The notes under the pieces: model-generated
Told to the model about the DNA's origin: nothing
What the model saw: the letters and a program-made list of their open reading frames with translations, nothing else
The model's database searches: none
Made by a program: the position numbers and the translations under genes
In this document: one piece after another, positions 1 to 8,943 of the stretch
How positions within the stretch are numbered: the stretch's first letter is position 1
How the letters are laid out: every line of letters begins with the position of its first letter
Source of the DNA: a candidate division WWE3 bacterium
GTDB taxonomy: Bacteria > Patescibacteriota > WWE3 > JAPLWK01
Assembly (NCBI GenBank): GCA_026396615.1
Contig: JAPLWK010000008.1
Coordinates: forward strand, 9,096-73,095
DNA: 64,000 nt
Direction: 5' to 3'

Positions 1-610
<610 letters not shown>

Positions 611-772
611 TTACCCTAATTTTAAATTATTTTTCATTCTATTCAGATTTCAAAGGGCAAACTCGGAAATTTACAATTTGAAATTCGAAATTTTAAATGT
701 GTTTAAATTTTTGATCATTTAAACATTTCAAATTGATTTCAAATTTTAAATTGAAAATTTCAAATTTTCGGC

Positions 773-848
773 TGGTGGACCAGGTGGGATTTGGACCCAC
801 GGTCTCTTCGTTGCAAACGAAGCGCATTAGACCACTATGCTACTGGCC
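773..848 (-). tRNA. tRNA-Ala (anticodon UGC); G3:U70 present, CCA encoded
   Basis: Reverse complement GGGCCAGTAGCATAGTGGTCTAATGCGCTTCGTTTGCAACGAAGAGACCGTGGGTCCAAATCCCACCTGGTCCACCA folds as a cloverleaf; anticodon loop TTTGCAA. Confidence 0.9.
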
Positions 849-1042
849 CGTAAGGCCGTAGTATAAATTATTTTTAGGAAAGTTAAAAGAGGATTTGATA
901 TCCTCATGCGTCACAAGAGGAAACAAAGTGTTTCATTGGACTCGAAGTGTGTTTTTTATACGTTAAAAACGGTCGCTTGTCAACTACTTCTACGAGGGAT
1001 TGAAATTTGTAGCTTTTACCCGTAAACTGCATGGGAAACCAC

Positions 1043-1117
1043 GGGCGGTTAGCTCATCGGTAGAGCACTTCTCTGATAAGGAAGGGGTGAATGGTCCAAC
1101 TCCATTACCGCCCACCA
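1043..1117 (+). tRNA. tRNA-Ile (anticodon GAU), CCA encoded
   Basis: GGGCGGTTAGCTCATCGGTAGAGCACTTCTCTGATAAGGAAGGGGTGAATGGTCCAACTCCATTACCGCCCACCA; 7-bp acceptor stem, anticodon loop CTGATAA. It lies on the opposite strand to the adjacent tRNA-Ala and 23S. Confidence 0.85.
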
Positions 1118-1125
1118 TATTTATA

Positions 1126-1590
1126 ATGATCATTCGCAACGCCACCACTAAAGACTGGAAAACCCTCAAGAAGATTAAGCCTGGCCTTACCGACGCCGCC
1201 ATTGAACACCGTCTCAAAGAACAGAGTGACGGACTGGCGGATTTTATAGTGCTGGAAGACGGGGGCCTAAAGAGCTGTGTCGTTTTGACGTATTACGGTA
1301 AACCCACTCACCCCGAGTACCCCGATATTGTGGACCTGTTTACGACGGAAGCATCGAGACATCAAGGTTACGGTCGCACTTTAGTTAACGAGTGTTTAAA
1401 AAGAGCCCGTGACCGGGGCGCAAAGAAGATCGGACTGAGTATTTATAAAGACGCCGACCCCAGAGTACAGAAATGGTACGAAAAGCTTGGTTTTAGAAGA
1501 TTGAAGGAACTTCCATACTATTATATAGTCAAAGGAACTAAAAATTGGGCCAGGGATTTTACCCTTGACATCAAGCCATCTAACTCATAA
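1126..1590 (+). CDS. GNAT-family N-acetyltransferase
   Basis: Acetyl-CoA binding motif RHQGYGRTLVNECLKRARDRGAKKIGL. Start taken at internal Met (MIIRNATT...) because the ORF-track N-terminus overlaps tRNA-Ile. Confidence 0.7.
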   Translation: MIIRNATTKDWKTLKKIKPGLTDAAIEHRLKEQSDGLADFIVLEDGGLKSCVVLTYYGKPTHPEYPDIVDLFTTEASRHQGYGRTLVNECLKRARDRGAKKIGLSIYKDADPRVQKWYEKLGFRRLKELPYYYIVKGTKNWARDFTLDIKPSNS

Positions 1591-1620
1591 AATGACAACC
1601 TGATTGAAATTGAGAGAGAA

Positions 1621-1692
1621 CGGGGTGAAGCACAGTGGTAATGCGGCGTCTTTGCGTGACGTTAATTGAAGGTTCAAATCCCTCCACCCCGA
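1621..1692 (+). tRNA. tRNA, isotype uncertain (my fold gives anticodon UGC but G3:C70 rather than the Ala G3:U70); no CCA
   Basis: CGGGGTGAAGCACAGTGGTAATGCGGCGTCTTTGCGTGACGTTAATTGAAGGTTCAAATCCCTCCACCCCGA; 7-bp acceptor stem C1:G72, T-loop TTCAAAT, A51:C63 mismatch in the T-stem. Confidence 0.55.
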
Positions 1693-1701
1693 TAGTAGTT
1701 A

Positions 1702-1773
1702 GAGCCCGTAGCACAATGGTAATGCGAGAAACTTTGAATTTCTAGATTAGGGGTTCAAATCCTCTCGGGCTCT
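1702..1773 (+). tRNA. tRNA-Gln (anticodon UUG); no CCA
   Basis: GAGCCCGTAGCACAATGGTAATGCGAGAAACTTTGAATTTCTAGATTAGGGGTTCAAATCCTCTCGGGCTCT; anticodon stem AGAAA/TTTCT, loop CTTTGAA. Confidence 0.8.
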
Positions 1774-1937
1774 TCGTCAGATCCTGTTCTGACACGATTC
1801 TTGCGGCCGACGGTAACTGTATTCCCTCCTGTACAGTTACCGTCTTTTTTGATTGGCTACTTAACGAGCAAAGCGAGTTTAGGAGCCATCAATCCTCCGA
1901 AGCCTTGGCGTAGGAGGATGTTTTGAATTGATTTGAG

Positions 1938-2552
1938 TTAAGAAGAAACTAAGATAGCCTTAACAAGCAGACGTTCACTATAGTTATGCACAATAGGATT
2001 CCAGACCCCACCGCAAGTCACCAACATTAAACCCGGTTTACCAAGATTTTCCATTAGCGGCTCACCGGAACCGTCAGGAACGTAGGCTGACCCAATGACG
2101 CGGTAAGTAAAGATCCGATGCCCATCGCTAACGTTAATCTCGTCTCCGACGGTGAGTAATTTTATATTCCAAAAAGCCGCCGGCCGGCCGTAATTATCAT
2201 CCAAATGACCTACTATAATAGTATTGCCAGTTTCTCCCGCTTTAGCGCTACCGTCATAATAGCCAATCCCCATCCAGCCACTGGGCACGCCAATCCGATC
2301 ATTCACAACGCCCACTTCTTCTAAAGCATCATTAATCCCCAATTTTCCAATCTGAATCGTTTTGGGAGCTAAGTAAATTGGAGTTAACATGGAGCTAAAC
2401 TGGCTGACCGGTTTGATAGACTCCTGCTTATAAGTTAGTCCAGTACTAGTATGACTGTAAGTATCAATAGCCGAAACCACTTTTGGCGCCACCAAAATCA
2501 TGACCAAAGTGGCGATTGTTGAAGTAATAAAAATCCGGATAGATTGATTCAT
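1938..2552 (-). CDS. Sortase (membrane-anchored transpeptidase)
   Basis: N-terminal transmembrane segment, catalytic His (IIVGHLDD), TLxTC-type Cys motif (LMLVTCGG), conserved C-terminal Arg. LPXTG substrates are encoded nearby (4625..5401 and 9555..10925). Confidence 0.75.
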   Translation of the reverse strand: MNQSIRIFITSTIATLVMILVAPKVVSAIDTYSHTSTGLTYKQESIKPVSQFSSMLTPIYLAPKTIQIGKLGINDALEEVGVVNDRIGVPSGWMGIGYYDGSAKAGETGNTIIVGHLDDNYGRPAAFWNIKLLTVGDEINVSDGHRIFTYRVIGSAYVPDGSGEPLMENLGKPGLMLVTCGGVWNPIVHNYSERLLVKAILVSS

Positions 2553-2610
2553 AAATAATGTTGAGCTATTATATCTTATAGTCGCCTATATGTCTACTGG
2601 CATTGTCTTT

Positions 2611-2642
2611 GTCATTCCGGGCTTGACCCGGAATCCAGTAAC
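2611..2642. repeat. Solo copy of the hairpin repeat GTCATTCCGGGCTTGACCCGGAATCCAGTAAC
   Basis: Internal hairpin ATTCCGGG-CTTGA-CCCGGAAT; the same unit recurs at 14 or more loci in the window. Confidence 0.9.
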
Positions 2643-2707
2643 TTCGATCCAACCAATCATAAATCCCCTCTTGACGCTAAGGCCTCTTTTGTTAATCTAA
2701 GTTTTAC

Positions 2708-3727
2708 ATGAACATCGCCTTCGTTTACAACGTCCGCCACCTTAAGCCGGCCTTAAATGACCCCAAAGCTCAGGCCGAAGCCGAATACGATACCCCGGAA
2801 ACGATTGCCTGGATGAAAGAGTCACTAGAAAAATTAGGGCATACGGTGCACGAGGTAGAGGCTACAACTGCAACGTATGAGAAGCTTAGGGCCCTTAAAA
2901 AGTCCTACTCTGACCTACTAGTCTTTAATTATTCGGAGGGAATCGGAGGTAATGACCATGAAGCCCAAATCTCGGCAATTTGCGAAATTCTTGACCTCAC
3001 TTACACCGGCAGTAGCGTTTTAACCTCGGCGATTATCCTCAACAAAGCCCGCACCAAAGAGATTCTAAAAAATTACCACATTCCCACCCCGGAATGGATT
3101 ATTATTAACCCTATCTCCCTTATCACCCCTATCGCCCTTAGCTACCCACTTATCGTAAAACCGAATTCGGAAGGCAGCAGTAAAGGGATATTTAATAATA
3201 ACGTGGTAAATAATCTAGAAGAATTAACAAACGTAGTTACCAAGATCCGTGACGGTCTACAAGGCTCCGTACTTCTGGAAACCTATTTGCCCGGCCGCGA
3301 ATTCACCGTCGCTATGCTGCGTGATCAAGATGCCTGGCGAGTGCTCCCAATTATCGAAGTTAAGTTCGATGAGCTTCCCGATGGCATGTATCCCATTGAT
3401 TCCTATGAAGTTAAGTGGATCTACGACAGCCCCGAAAACAAAATCGAGCCCCTAGAGTGCCCAGCGAAAATTGACGATAAATTACGACAGAGAATCAAAG
3501 ATATCTGTATTCGGACTTGTGAGGCATTAGAGGTGCGCGATTACTGCCGCATTGACGTTCGTCTGGATGCTAACGACAATCCCTACGTACTAGAAGTTAA
3601 TTCACCACCGGGAATGGCTCCCAACCCCGCCGAGAACTCTCGCTTCCCGTATGCTGCTAGGAAAGCTGGAATGACGTATGAAGAGTTGCTGGACAAAATC
3701 ATTCAATCTGCCCTTAGGCGACGTTAA
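2708..3727 (+). CDS. ATP-grasp enzyme, D-alanine--D-alanine ligase-like
   Basis: C-terminal ATP-grasp signature (CRIDVRLDANDNPYVLEVNSPPGM); paralog of 42487..43635. Confidence 0.65.
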   Translation: MNIAFVYNVRHLKPALNDPKAQAEAEYDTPETIAWMKESLEKLGHTVHEVEATTATYEKLRALKKSYSDLLVFNYSEGIGGNDHEAQISAICEILDLTYTGSSVLTSAIILNKARTKEILKNYHIPTPEWIIINPISLITPIALSYPLIVKPNSEGSSKGIFNNNVVNNLEELTNVVTKIRDGLQGSVLLETYLPGREFTVAMLRDQDAWRVLPIIEVKFDELPDGMYPIDSYEVKWIYDSPENKIEPLECPAKIDDKLRQRIKDICIRTCEALEVRDYCRIDVRLDANDNPYVLEVNSPPGMAPNPAENSRFPYAARKAGMTYEELLDKIIQSALRRR

Positions 3728-3732
3728 TCGCC

Positions 3733-3830
3733 ATCGAGGACGGGGCATGCCCCGTCCCTACAGCCGTGTTTCAGGAGGCCTCCTTAAGATCATGTAGGGA
3801 CGACGCATGCGTCGTCCTCATTCGATTATT
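3733..3830. repeat. Structured repeat of about 95 bp with three GC-rich palindromic hairpins (copy A)
   Basis: GGACGGGGCATGCCCCGTCC, AGGAGGCCTCCT and GGGACGACGCATGCGTCGTCC, enclosed by CCCTACA...TGTAGGG. A second copy lies at 24749..24835 and shows a compensatory C-G to T-G change in hairpin 3. Confidence 0.8.
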
Positions 3831-4221
3831 TAAATACCCAAAGTTTGAAAAGAGGAAAATTGTTCCCCACCACCACGAACATAATCAAAAACTTCGCCAC
3901 CACAAAGTTAAGGTGAAAAACTTGGACCAGCAGAAAAAGCCCCAGTGACGTAATCAAATTGTTCTCAACGATAATACAAGCGTAGCGAAATAATTGCTTT
4001 TTCGTAAACGTCCGGTTCCTAAAAGTAAAATATTTTTGGACTAAAAAGGCGTAGGTAACGACGACGGGCGCTTGAACGATTGGCGTTAGACCGGCCGGTA
4101 CGTGTAGATAGTGATATAGCAAGTAGCCGGTGGTTAAATCTAAAACGTAGGCAGACAAGCCGCCAATAATGTACCGCACTAGCTGCCAGGGATGATGCCA
4201 GGTCTCGATGATGAAGCTCAT
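3826..4221 (-). CDS. GtrA-family membrane protein
   Basis: Four-transmembrane GtrA-like sequence starting MSFIIETWHHPWQLVRYIIGGLSAYVLDL. The ORF track extends it to 4320 by reading through the MITE terminal repeat (MIYWILNQVQND is encoded by the repeat). Confidence 0.6.
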   Translation of the reverse strand: MSFIIETWHHPWQLVRYIIGGLSAYVLDLTTGYLLYHYLHVPAGLTPIVQAPVVVTYAFLVQKYFTFRNRTFTKKQLFRYACIIVENNLITSLGLFLLVQVFHLNFVVAKFLIMFVVVGNNFPLFKLWVFK

Positions 4222-4284
4222 CAGCTTCCCCCAAACTTTTTTAGCAACAGAAATCACAGAAGTGAGTATACAATAAATTAATCC

Positions 4285-4570
4285 GTCATTCTGAACTTGA
4301 TTCAGAATCCAGTAAATCAAAACTAATTTTCAATTTGAAATTCGAAATATACGCTCGCTCGGCTCGCTACCAATTATCGTGACGATAATTGTTGAAAATG
4401 CTTAAAAATTGAATTCAACAATTTGCCACAAATTGGTAGTGAACAAAGTGAACGTTTATTTTAAATTGTAAATTTCAAAAAATTGGTAGTGAACAAAGTG
4501 AACGTTTATTTTAAATTGTAAATTTCAAATTATAGCAATTACTGGATTTCGGCTCTGAGGCCGGAATGAC
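4285..4570. mobile_element. MITE-like element bounded by inverted hairpin repeats, with an internal 50-bp tandem duplication
   Basis: Left repeat GTCATTCTGAACTTGATTCAGAATCCAGTAAATCAA (4285-4320), right repeat TTACTGGATTTCGGCTCTGAGGCCGGAATGAC (4539-4570). Internal AAATTGGTAGTGAACAAAGTGAACGTTTATTTTAAATTGTAAATTTCAAA x2 (about 4434-4533). Related cores at 20850-20905 and 36930-37020. Confidence 0.75.
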
Positions 4571-4587
4571 TTGTAGCCCATAACCAT

Positions 4588-4616
4588 TTGACATCTAACC
4601 TCTAGTACTGTATAGT
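4588..4616 (+). promoter_or_regulatory. Consensus sigma70 promoter (TTGACA-17-TATAGT) for 4625..5401
   Basis: TTGACATCTAACCTCTAGTACTGTATAGT directly upstream of the ATG at 4625. Confidence 0.6.
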
Positions 4617-4624
4617 GCCCCCAT

Positions 4625-5401
4625 ATGAAATTAAACCCAACCACCACCAAAGTTTTAACCTACGTCGTTCCGGCTTTACTGGCCGTGCTTTTGGTTGGTG
4701 GCGTTTCCTACTTTTTAGGCCTATGGGGTCCTAAAGCCGTCACTAATCAAACCGATAACACTACTCAAGTGGTTAATAAAATCGACGGTGCTGGTATCGC
4801 CGTTGCCGGTTTAAAAGCCGGTCTACCCTACGGTTACAAGGGAGCGCCCCAAATTTACACCGCCAAAACCGATAATATTAGCGTTAAAGTCGATTTTGCC
4901 AATCCCAATAGCAACGAAAACATTACTAAGAATTTAGAGACTCGAGTCTATAAATTTACCAAGATTATTGACGGTAACTTGGATTTGACCAAAAACGCCG
5001 CTTTTGACGAAGCGACGCTTCAAAAAATCATCAATAAGACCGAAGGCACGTTCGAGTTAGATTTGTACCCGGTTTACTCTAAAGAGTTTAAGGGGATCAC
5101 TTTTGGACCAAGTGAAACTAAGACTTTTGAAGCTAGCTTTACGCCCACCGAAAACGGTTATTACGAAGTAGTAATTGCCGAAAGCGATTACTTTACGACT
5201 GGTACTGGTGCCAAATCGATCGGCTTTGTAAGGATTGGTGAGAAGTCTGCTTTAGCCGTAGTAACAACCCCAACGACCAAAGGAGCCGCCACTACCTCGG
5301 GAACGCTTCCCAAGACCGGCGCGTCAGATATGATTGTGACCGTTCTCGCCAGTATTTTAGGCCTCTTCGGCGTGACGCTGAAGAGCAAGTCAAAGAAATA
5401 A
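4625..5401 (+). CDS. LPXTG-anchored surface protein (sortase substrate)
   Basis: N-terminal signal/transmembrane segment; C-terminal LPKTG, then a hydrophobic stretch, then KSKSKK. Confidence 0.75.
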   Translation: MKLNPTTTKVLTYVVPALLAVLLVGGVSYFLGLWGPKAVTNQTDNTTQVVNKIDGAGIAVAGLKAGLPYGYKGAPQIYTAKTDNISVKVDFANPNSNENITKNLETRVYKFTKIIDGNLDLTKNAAFDEATLQKIINKTEGTFELDLYPVYSKEFKGITFGPSETKTFEASFTPTENGYYEVVIAESDYFTTGTGAKSIGFVRIGEKSALAVVTTPTTKGAATTSGTLPKTGASDMIVTVLASILGLFGVTLKSKSKK

Positions 5402-6523
5402 AAGAAAATCGGTAAAGTTATTGCGGTTTATTACCTTTACTTCAGAATCAGGGTAAGCTCGCACAAATTCGTCCGCGGGGTGAACGTGTTCGTCTTTCCA
5501 CTTAAATTCCACTCCGTGAAGTTTTCCGCAGTACTCTTCCACCAGATCAACTTCTTTCCCGTCGTAGGTCCGCCAAAAATAGACGTTAGCGTAAATTTTT
5601 TTATACTCGCGGGTTTTAAGGCGCTCGGCAAACACGAAATTTTCCCACAGTTGCCCTATATCGTTACGATCTGCTAGGTCGTTAAATTGTGAAATCACGG
5701 CGTTGCGGATGCCATTATCTAAAAAGTAGTATTTTGATTTACTTTTGACTTCGTCTCGCAAGTTCCGGCTTAGAGCACCCACTCGCTTTATTACAAAAGA
5801 CTTTTCCAAAAGGTCCAGGTACTTCTCCACGGTTTTTCCGCTTATAGCTAAAGCGCTGGCCAGTTCATTAATGGAAACTTCGGAGCCGATCTGGAAAGCC
5901 AGTAGTTTAACTAGATCTACCACTACTTTAGATTTGCGCAAACCATCCAAGGCTAAAATATCTTTAAAAAGATAGGAGTTAGAAATTTCTTCCAGTTTGC
6001 GGATTTTGTCGGTTCGGTTTTCGGTGGTCAGCACTTCCGGATACATTCCTAAAACCAGGAAGTCATTAAGCTGCCGCATTAGCTCCAAAGGAGTAAATTT
6101 TTGGGATAATTCCAAGAAAGATAACGGATAAAGAGTGAGGGTGTTCTTACGGCCGGTTAAGGGTTCGCCCACTTTATCGGCAATGTCAAAACTGGAAGAA
6201 CCGGTGGCAATAATTTTAAGGTTGGGAACGTAATCGGCTAAAATTTTTAGGCCTTGACCAACGTTTGGAATCAGCTGCACTTCATCCAGGGCAACTAAAT
6301 CATAACCTTCCACATATCTTTTAATGTCGTCTAGCCGTCCCGAGCCTAAAAGCTCGGCAAATTTAATGTTATCGCCGGTTTCAAGCAGGTATTTAAAGGT
6401 GGTTTCGGCCAGATAGGACTTAAGAATAGTGGTCTTACCTACCCGCCGCGGACCGTAAATCACCAGAACGCGGTTAGGCTCTAGATATTTTTCCAGATTA
6501 TCGTAAATTCGGGGATAGAGCAT
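5390..6523 (-). CDS. AAA+ ATPase (COG1373-like, with DUF4143-type C-terminus)
   Basis: Walker A VIYGPRRVGKTT and Walker B LVALDEVQ; domain arrangement typical of this family. Confidence 0.65.
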   Translation of the reverse strand: MLYPRIYDNLEKYLEPNRVLVIYGPRRVGKTTILKSYLAETTFKYLLETGDNIKFAELLGSGRLDDIKRYVEGYDLVALDEVQLIPNVGQGLKILADYVPNLKIIATGSSSFDIADKVGEPLTGRKNTLTLYPLSFLELSQKFTPLELMRQLNDFLVLGMYPEVLTTENRTDKIRKLEEISNSYLFKDILALDGLRKSKVVVDLVKLLAFQIGSEVSINELASALAISGKTVEKYLDLLEKSFVIKRVGALSRNLRDEVKSKSKYYFLDNGIRNAVISQFNDLADRNDIGQLWENFVFAERLKTREYKKIYANVYFWRTYDGKEVDLVEEYCGKLHGVEFKWKDEHVHPADEFVRAYPDSEVKVINRNNFTDFLLFL

Positions 6524-6664
6524 GGTTTAAGGGTAGCATAGTTTAAATATTATGTCAAATATTAGTACTTGTGTGTGAAACTTTTAGGTTAATTTTAGCA
6601 TTATTGCGGAGTTTTAGTAACTATCTAGACAATCCCTGTCGAGGTTCCCAAATTAATCGCTTCG

Positions 6665-6712
6665 ATCCTCGGCCTCTTCGGTGTGACCTTGAAGAGTAAG
6701 TCTAAGAAATAA
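6665..6712 (+). pseudogene. Orphan 3' fragment of an LPXTG-protein gene (membrane-anchor tail only)
   Basis: Encodes ILGLFGVTLKSKSKK*, identical in amino acids to the C-terminus of 4625..5401 but with synonymous codon differences. No LPXTG or upstream ORF. Confidence 0.55.
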
Positions 6713-6724
6713 CCCCACCACTTT

Positions 6725-6756
6725 GTCATTCCGGGCTTGACCCGGAATCTAGCAAC
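6725..6756. repeat. Solo hairpin repeat copy (GTCATTCCGGGCTTGACCCGGAATCTAGCAAC)
   Basis: Same family as 2611..2642. Confidence 0.85.
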
Positions 6757-6847
6757 AAATAAAAATAATAGTCCAACCCCTCCCCCGCTTTGACTATAGG
6801 GCCATATTATGCTATAACCTCCTCACAAATATCAAGGAGAAGAAAAA

Positions 6848-7396
6848 TTGAAAAATATACTAGTCGTTCTTGGCTGCGGAGTGAATCAAGACGGTAACCT
6901 CTCCAGAAGGCCTCGTGCTTCAATGAACGAAGCGCTGTCATTACTTGAAGATGATTACAATTTCCTCTTCCTCACCGGCGGCGGCAGTATCCACGGCACA
7001 GCAGCTTTGGCAATAACTGAAGCTGCGGCTATGAAGAACTACGCCATAAATGAGAGCGTTCATGAGGCGATGATTATCATTGATGAAACGGCGCTAGACA
7101 CTCTTGGTAACTTCCAAGCCCTAAGATTGAAGTTTCCCGGCAGTGATTACAACTTCACTGTCGTAGTGAGTAACTCTCAAATGGCTAGGGCTAAGCTAGT
7201 CGCCCACCAAGTGTTTGGTGGTACCAACAATTTCTATTTCGTGGGTGTTTCGGAGAATTACTTGACGGAATGGCAACGGTTAAAACGAAATAGCTACGAG
7301 ACTATCGCTTACCTACTGCAAATATGCCCGTCGCTTTACAAAATTGCGACAGGAATTGTAAAGATCGCGACTCGTCCCTTCCGCAACTACGATTGA
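6848..7396 (+). CDS. DUF218/YdcF-like (ElyC/SanA family) protein
   Basis: VVLGCG...FLFLTGGG pattern typical of DUF218. Confidence 0.45.
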   Translation: MKNILVVLGCGVNQDGNLSRRPRASMNEALSLLEDDYNFLFLTGGGSIHGTAALAITEAAAMKNYAINESVHEAMIIIDETALDTLGNFQALRLKFPGSDYNFTVVVSNSQMARAKLVAHQVFGGTNNFYFVGVSENYLTEWQRLKRNSYETIAYLLQICPSLYKIATGIVKIATRPFRNYD

Positions 7397-7471
7397 CCGC
7401 CAAAGACTCTCCACGTTTCCCGGAAACTACGAGAGTCTTTTTGTTTTATCTATAAAACGTATAATAAAAAC

Positions 7472-8407
7472 ATGCGCATCCTCATTACCGGCGGGGCCGG
7501 CTTCATTGGCTCTCACCTTCAAGATAAATTAATTACACTTGGCCACACTGTCAGCGTGCTTGATAACTTCCGTTCCGGCAAAAAAGAAAATGTAAACCCC
7601 AAAGCCTCGTTACTAGAAGTTGACGTTAGAGATGCGCAAGGCGTTCTTAAAGCCTTTGAAGACTTTAAACCGGCCGTGGTTTTTCACTTGGCGGCCCAAA
7701 ACGAAGTGCCCTACTCCATGAGTCATCCCGAAGAAGATATCAATATCAATATAAACGGCATGTTTAACATTCTGGAAGCTTGTCGCCAGACAGGCGTCAA
7801 AAAGTTGGTGTACTCTAATACCGGCGGCGCTTACTACGGCGAGGTGGCCGAGGACCGCTTGCCTATTACTGAAGACGAACCGGTCGCTCATCCCTCTTCT
7901 TTCTACGGCGTCTCCAAAGCCTGTGCAGAGCAGTACTTAAAGCTTTACGGCACTGTCTATGGCCTTAAGTGGGTTGCTCTTCGCTACGCTAACGTTTATG
8001 GACCGCGCCAGGACGGCAACAAAGAGTCCGGCATCATCGCCGTGTTTACCAACAAAATGCTTAAAGGCGAACGGCCGACTATAAACGGCGACGGTTCTCA
8101 TACTCGCGATTATGTGTATGTTGACGATGTGGTAAAAGCCAACCTTTTAGCCCTATCGTATAACCAAAACGACTACTTTAATATTTCCAATGGCGCCGAA
8201 GTGACAAATCGGGAGGTTTACGACACCCTGGCTAAAATCTTAGACATTAAAGCTGACCCCATTTTTGGACTCGCTCGACCCGGCGACGTCCTCCGTAACG
8301 TGCTTGATAACACCAAGGCCGCCAGACTTCTAAACTGGCAGCCGGAAGTGAGTTTGGAAGAAGGCATCCAAAAAACCATCGCCTACTACAAAGAAAACGA
8401 GTCCTAA
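7472..8407 (+). CDS. NAD-dependent epimerase/dehydratase (UDP-glucose 4-epimerase-like)
   Basis: N-terminal Rossmann motif ITGGAGFIGSHL; catalytic YxxxK (YGVSKACAE). Confidence 0.8.
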   Translation: MRILITGGAGFIGSHLQDKLITLGHTVSVLDNFRSGKKENVNPKASLLEVDVRDAQGVLKAFEDFKPAVVFHLAAQNEVPYSMSHPEEDINININGMFNILEACRQTGVKKLVYSNTGGAYYGEVAEDRLPITEDEPVAHPSSFYGVSKACAEQYLKLYGTVYGLKWVALRYANVYGPRQDGNKESGIIAVFTNKMLKGERPTINGDGSHTRDYVYVDDVVKANLLALSYNQNDYFNISNGAEVTNREVYDTLAKILDIKADPIFGLARPGDVLRNVLDNTKAARLLNWQPEVSLEEGIQKTIAYYKENES

Positions 8408-8486
8408 ATTATTTTTTCGTCTCAATCTAACTTCGCCGTAGCAAGTTTCGCCCAAGCGAAGCGACGGCGAACGAAGCGGAGGCGAG

Positions 8487-8515
8487 TTGACTATAAGATC
8501 ATATTTAGCTATAAT
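8487..8515 (+). promoter_or_regulatory. Consensus sigma70 promoter (TTGACT-17-TATAAT), preceded by a hairpin terminator for 7472..8407
   Basis: TTGACTATAAGATCATATTTAGCTATAAT. The upstream hairpin is TTCGCCGT...ACGGCGAA (about 8426-8468). Confidence 0.55.
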
Positions 8516-8577
8516 CCAAAAGTTAATTAACCAATGGCCACTTCTGGCCGCAATTCTCTCAATTTGGAGGAAATCTC

Positions 8578-8916
8578 GTGAAGATACTAAAAAATATCAG
8601 TCGAATCGTGTCAGTGCTCGCAGTTTACTTAACCGTGATCCAGTCGGCAAATGCCGGAGCGGTCAATGTTGGTCAGCAGTATGACATCACCCCAGCCGCC
8701 AACGGCCAAAGCGTCTTTTGGGAAGTCCATACTGTACCCGAAGGATCGTTTGTAACGTTTTCTTTCGTGAACGTTCCAATAAACGCCACCAGTGAATTCT
8801 CGCTGGCTTTGAACATCTGGAATGCCCCTAGTGCCAAAGCGGTGTTAACGAAGGACAATGTGGTACTACCGTTCACGATGACTCTGCAAACCAATGGCAC
8901 GGAGATCTGGTGGTAA
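8578..8916 (+). CDS. Secreted hypothetical protein (signal peptide); GTG start after a GGAGG site
   Basis: Signal peptide SVLAVYLTVIQSANAGAV. It is in frame with the next ORF (8944..9378), separated by a single TAA. Confidence 0.5.
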   Translation: MKILKNISRIVSVLAVYLTVIQSANAGAVNVGQQYDITPAANGQSVFWEVHTVPEGSFVTFSFVNVPINATSEFSLALNIWNAPSAKAVLTKDNVVLPFTMTLQTNGTEIWW

Positions 8917-8943
8917 ACCAGTCCTCAGTATCAAAGCGTCATT

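Noticed and set aside
3249-3455. Nested or antisense ORFs overlapping well-supported genes
   Set aside because: This applies to 3249..3455, 4019..4234, 5188..5388, 5437..5631, 5480..5677, 5745..5975, 7613..7891, 8673..8900, 9536..9718, 9956..10363, 10187..10381, 11112..11324, 12326..12706, 13121..13351, 14021..14260, 15017..15636, 15707..16035, 16968..17199, 17893..18314, 18627..19112, 21306..21527, 22842..23123, 23360..24136, 33023..33631, 35182..35367, 38837..39058, 39799..40309, 40561..40956, 41029..41737, 42148..42488, 44001..44704, 46032..46284, 47237..47509, 48117..48332, 49619..49901, 51521..52240, 52853..53296, 57801..58037, 58923..59108, 61091..61333, 61802..62008, 62302..62553 and 63248..63490. 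All are embedded in, or antisense to, longer ORFs that have clear family motifs, and have no independent RBS or start signals.
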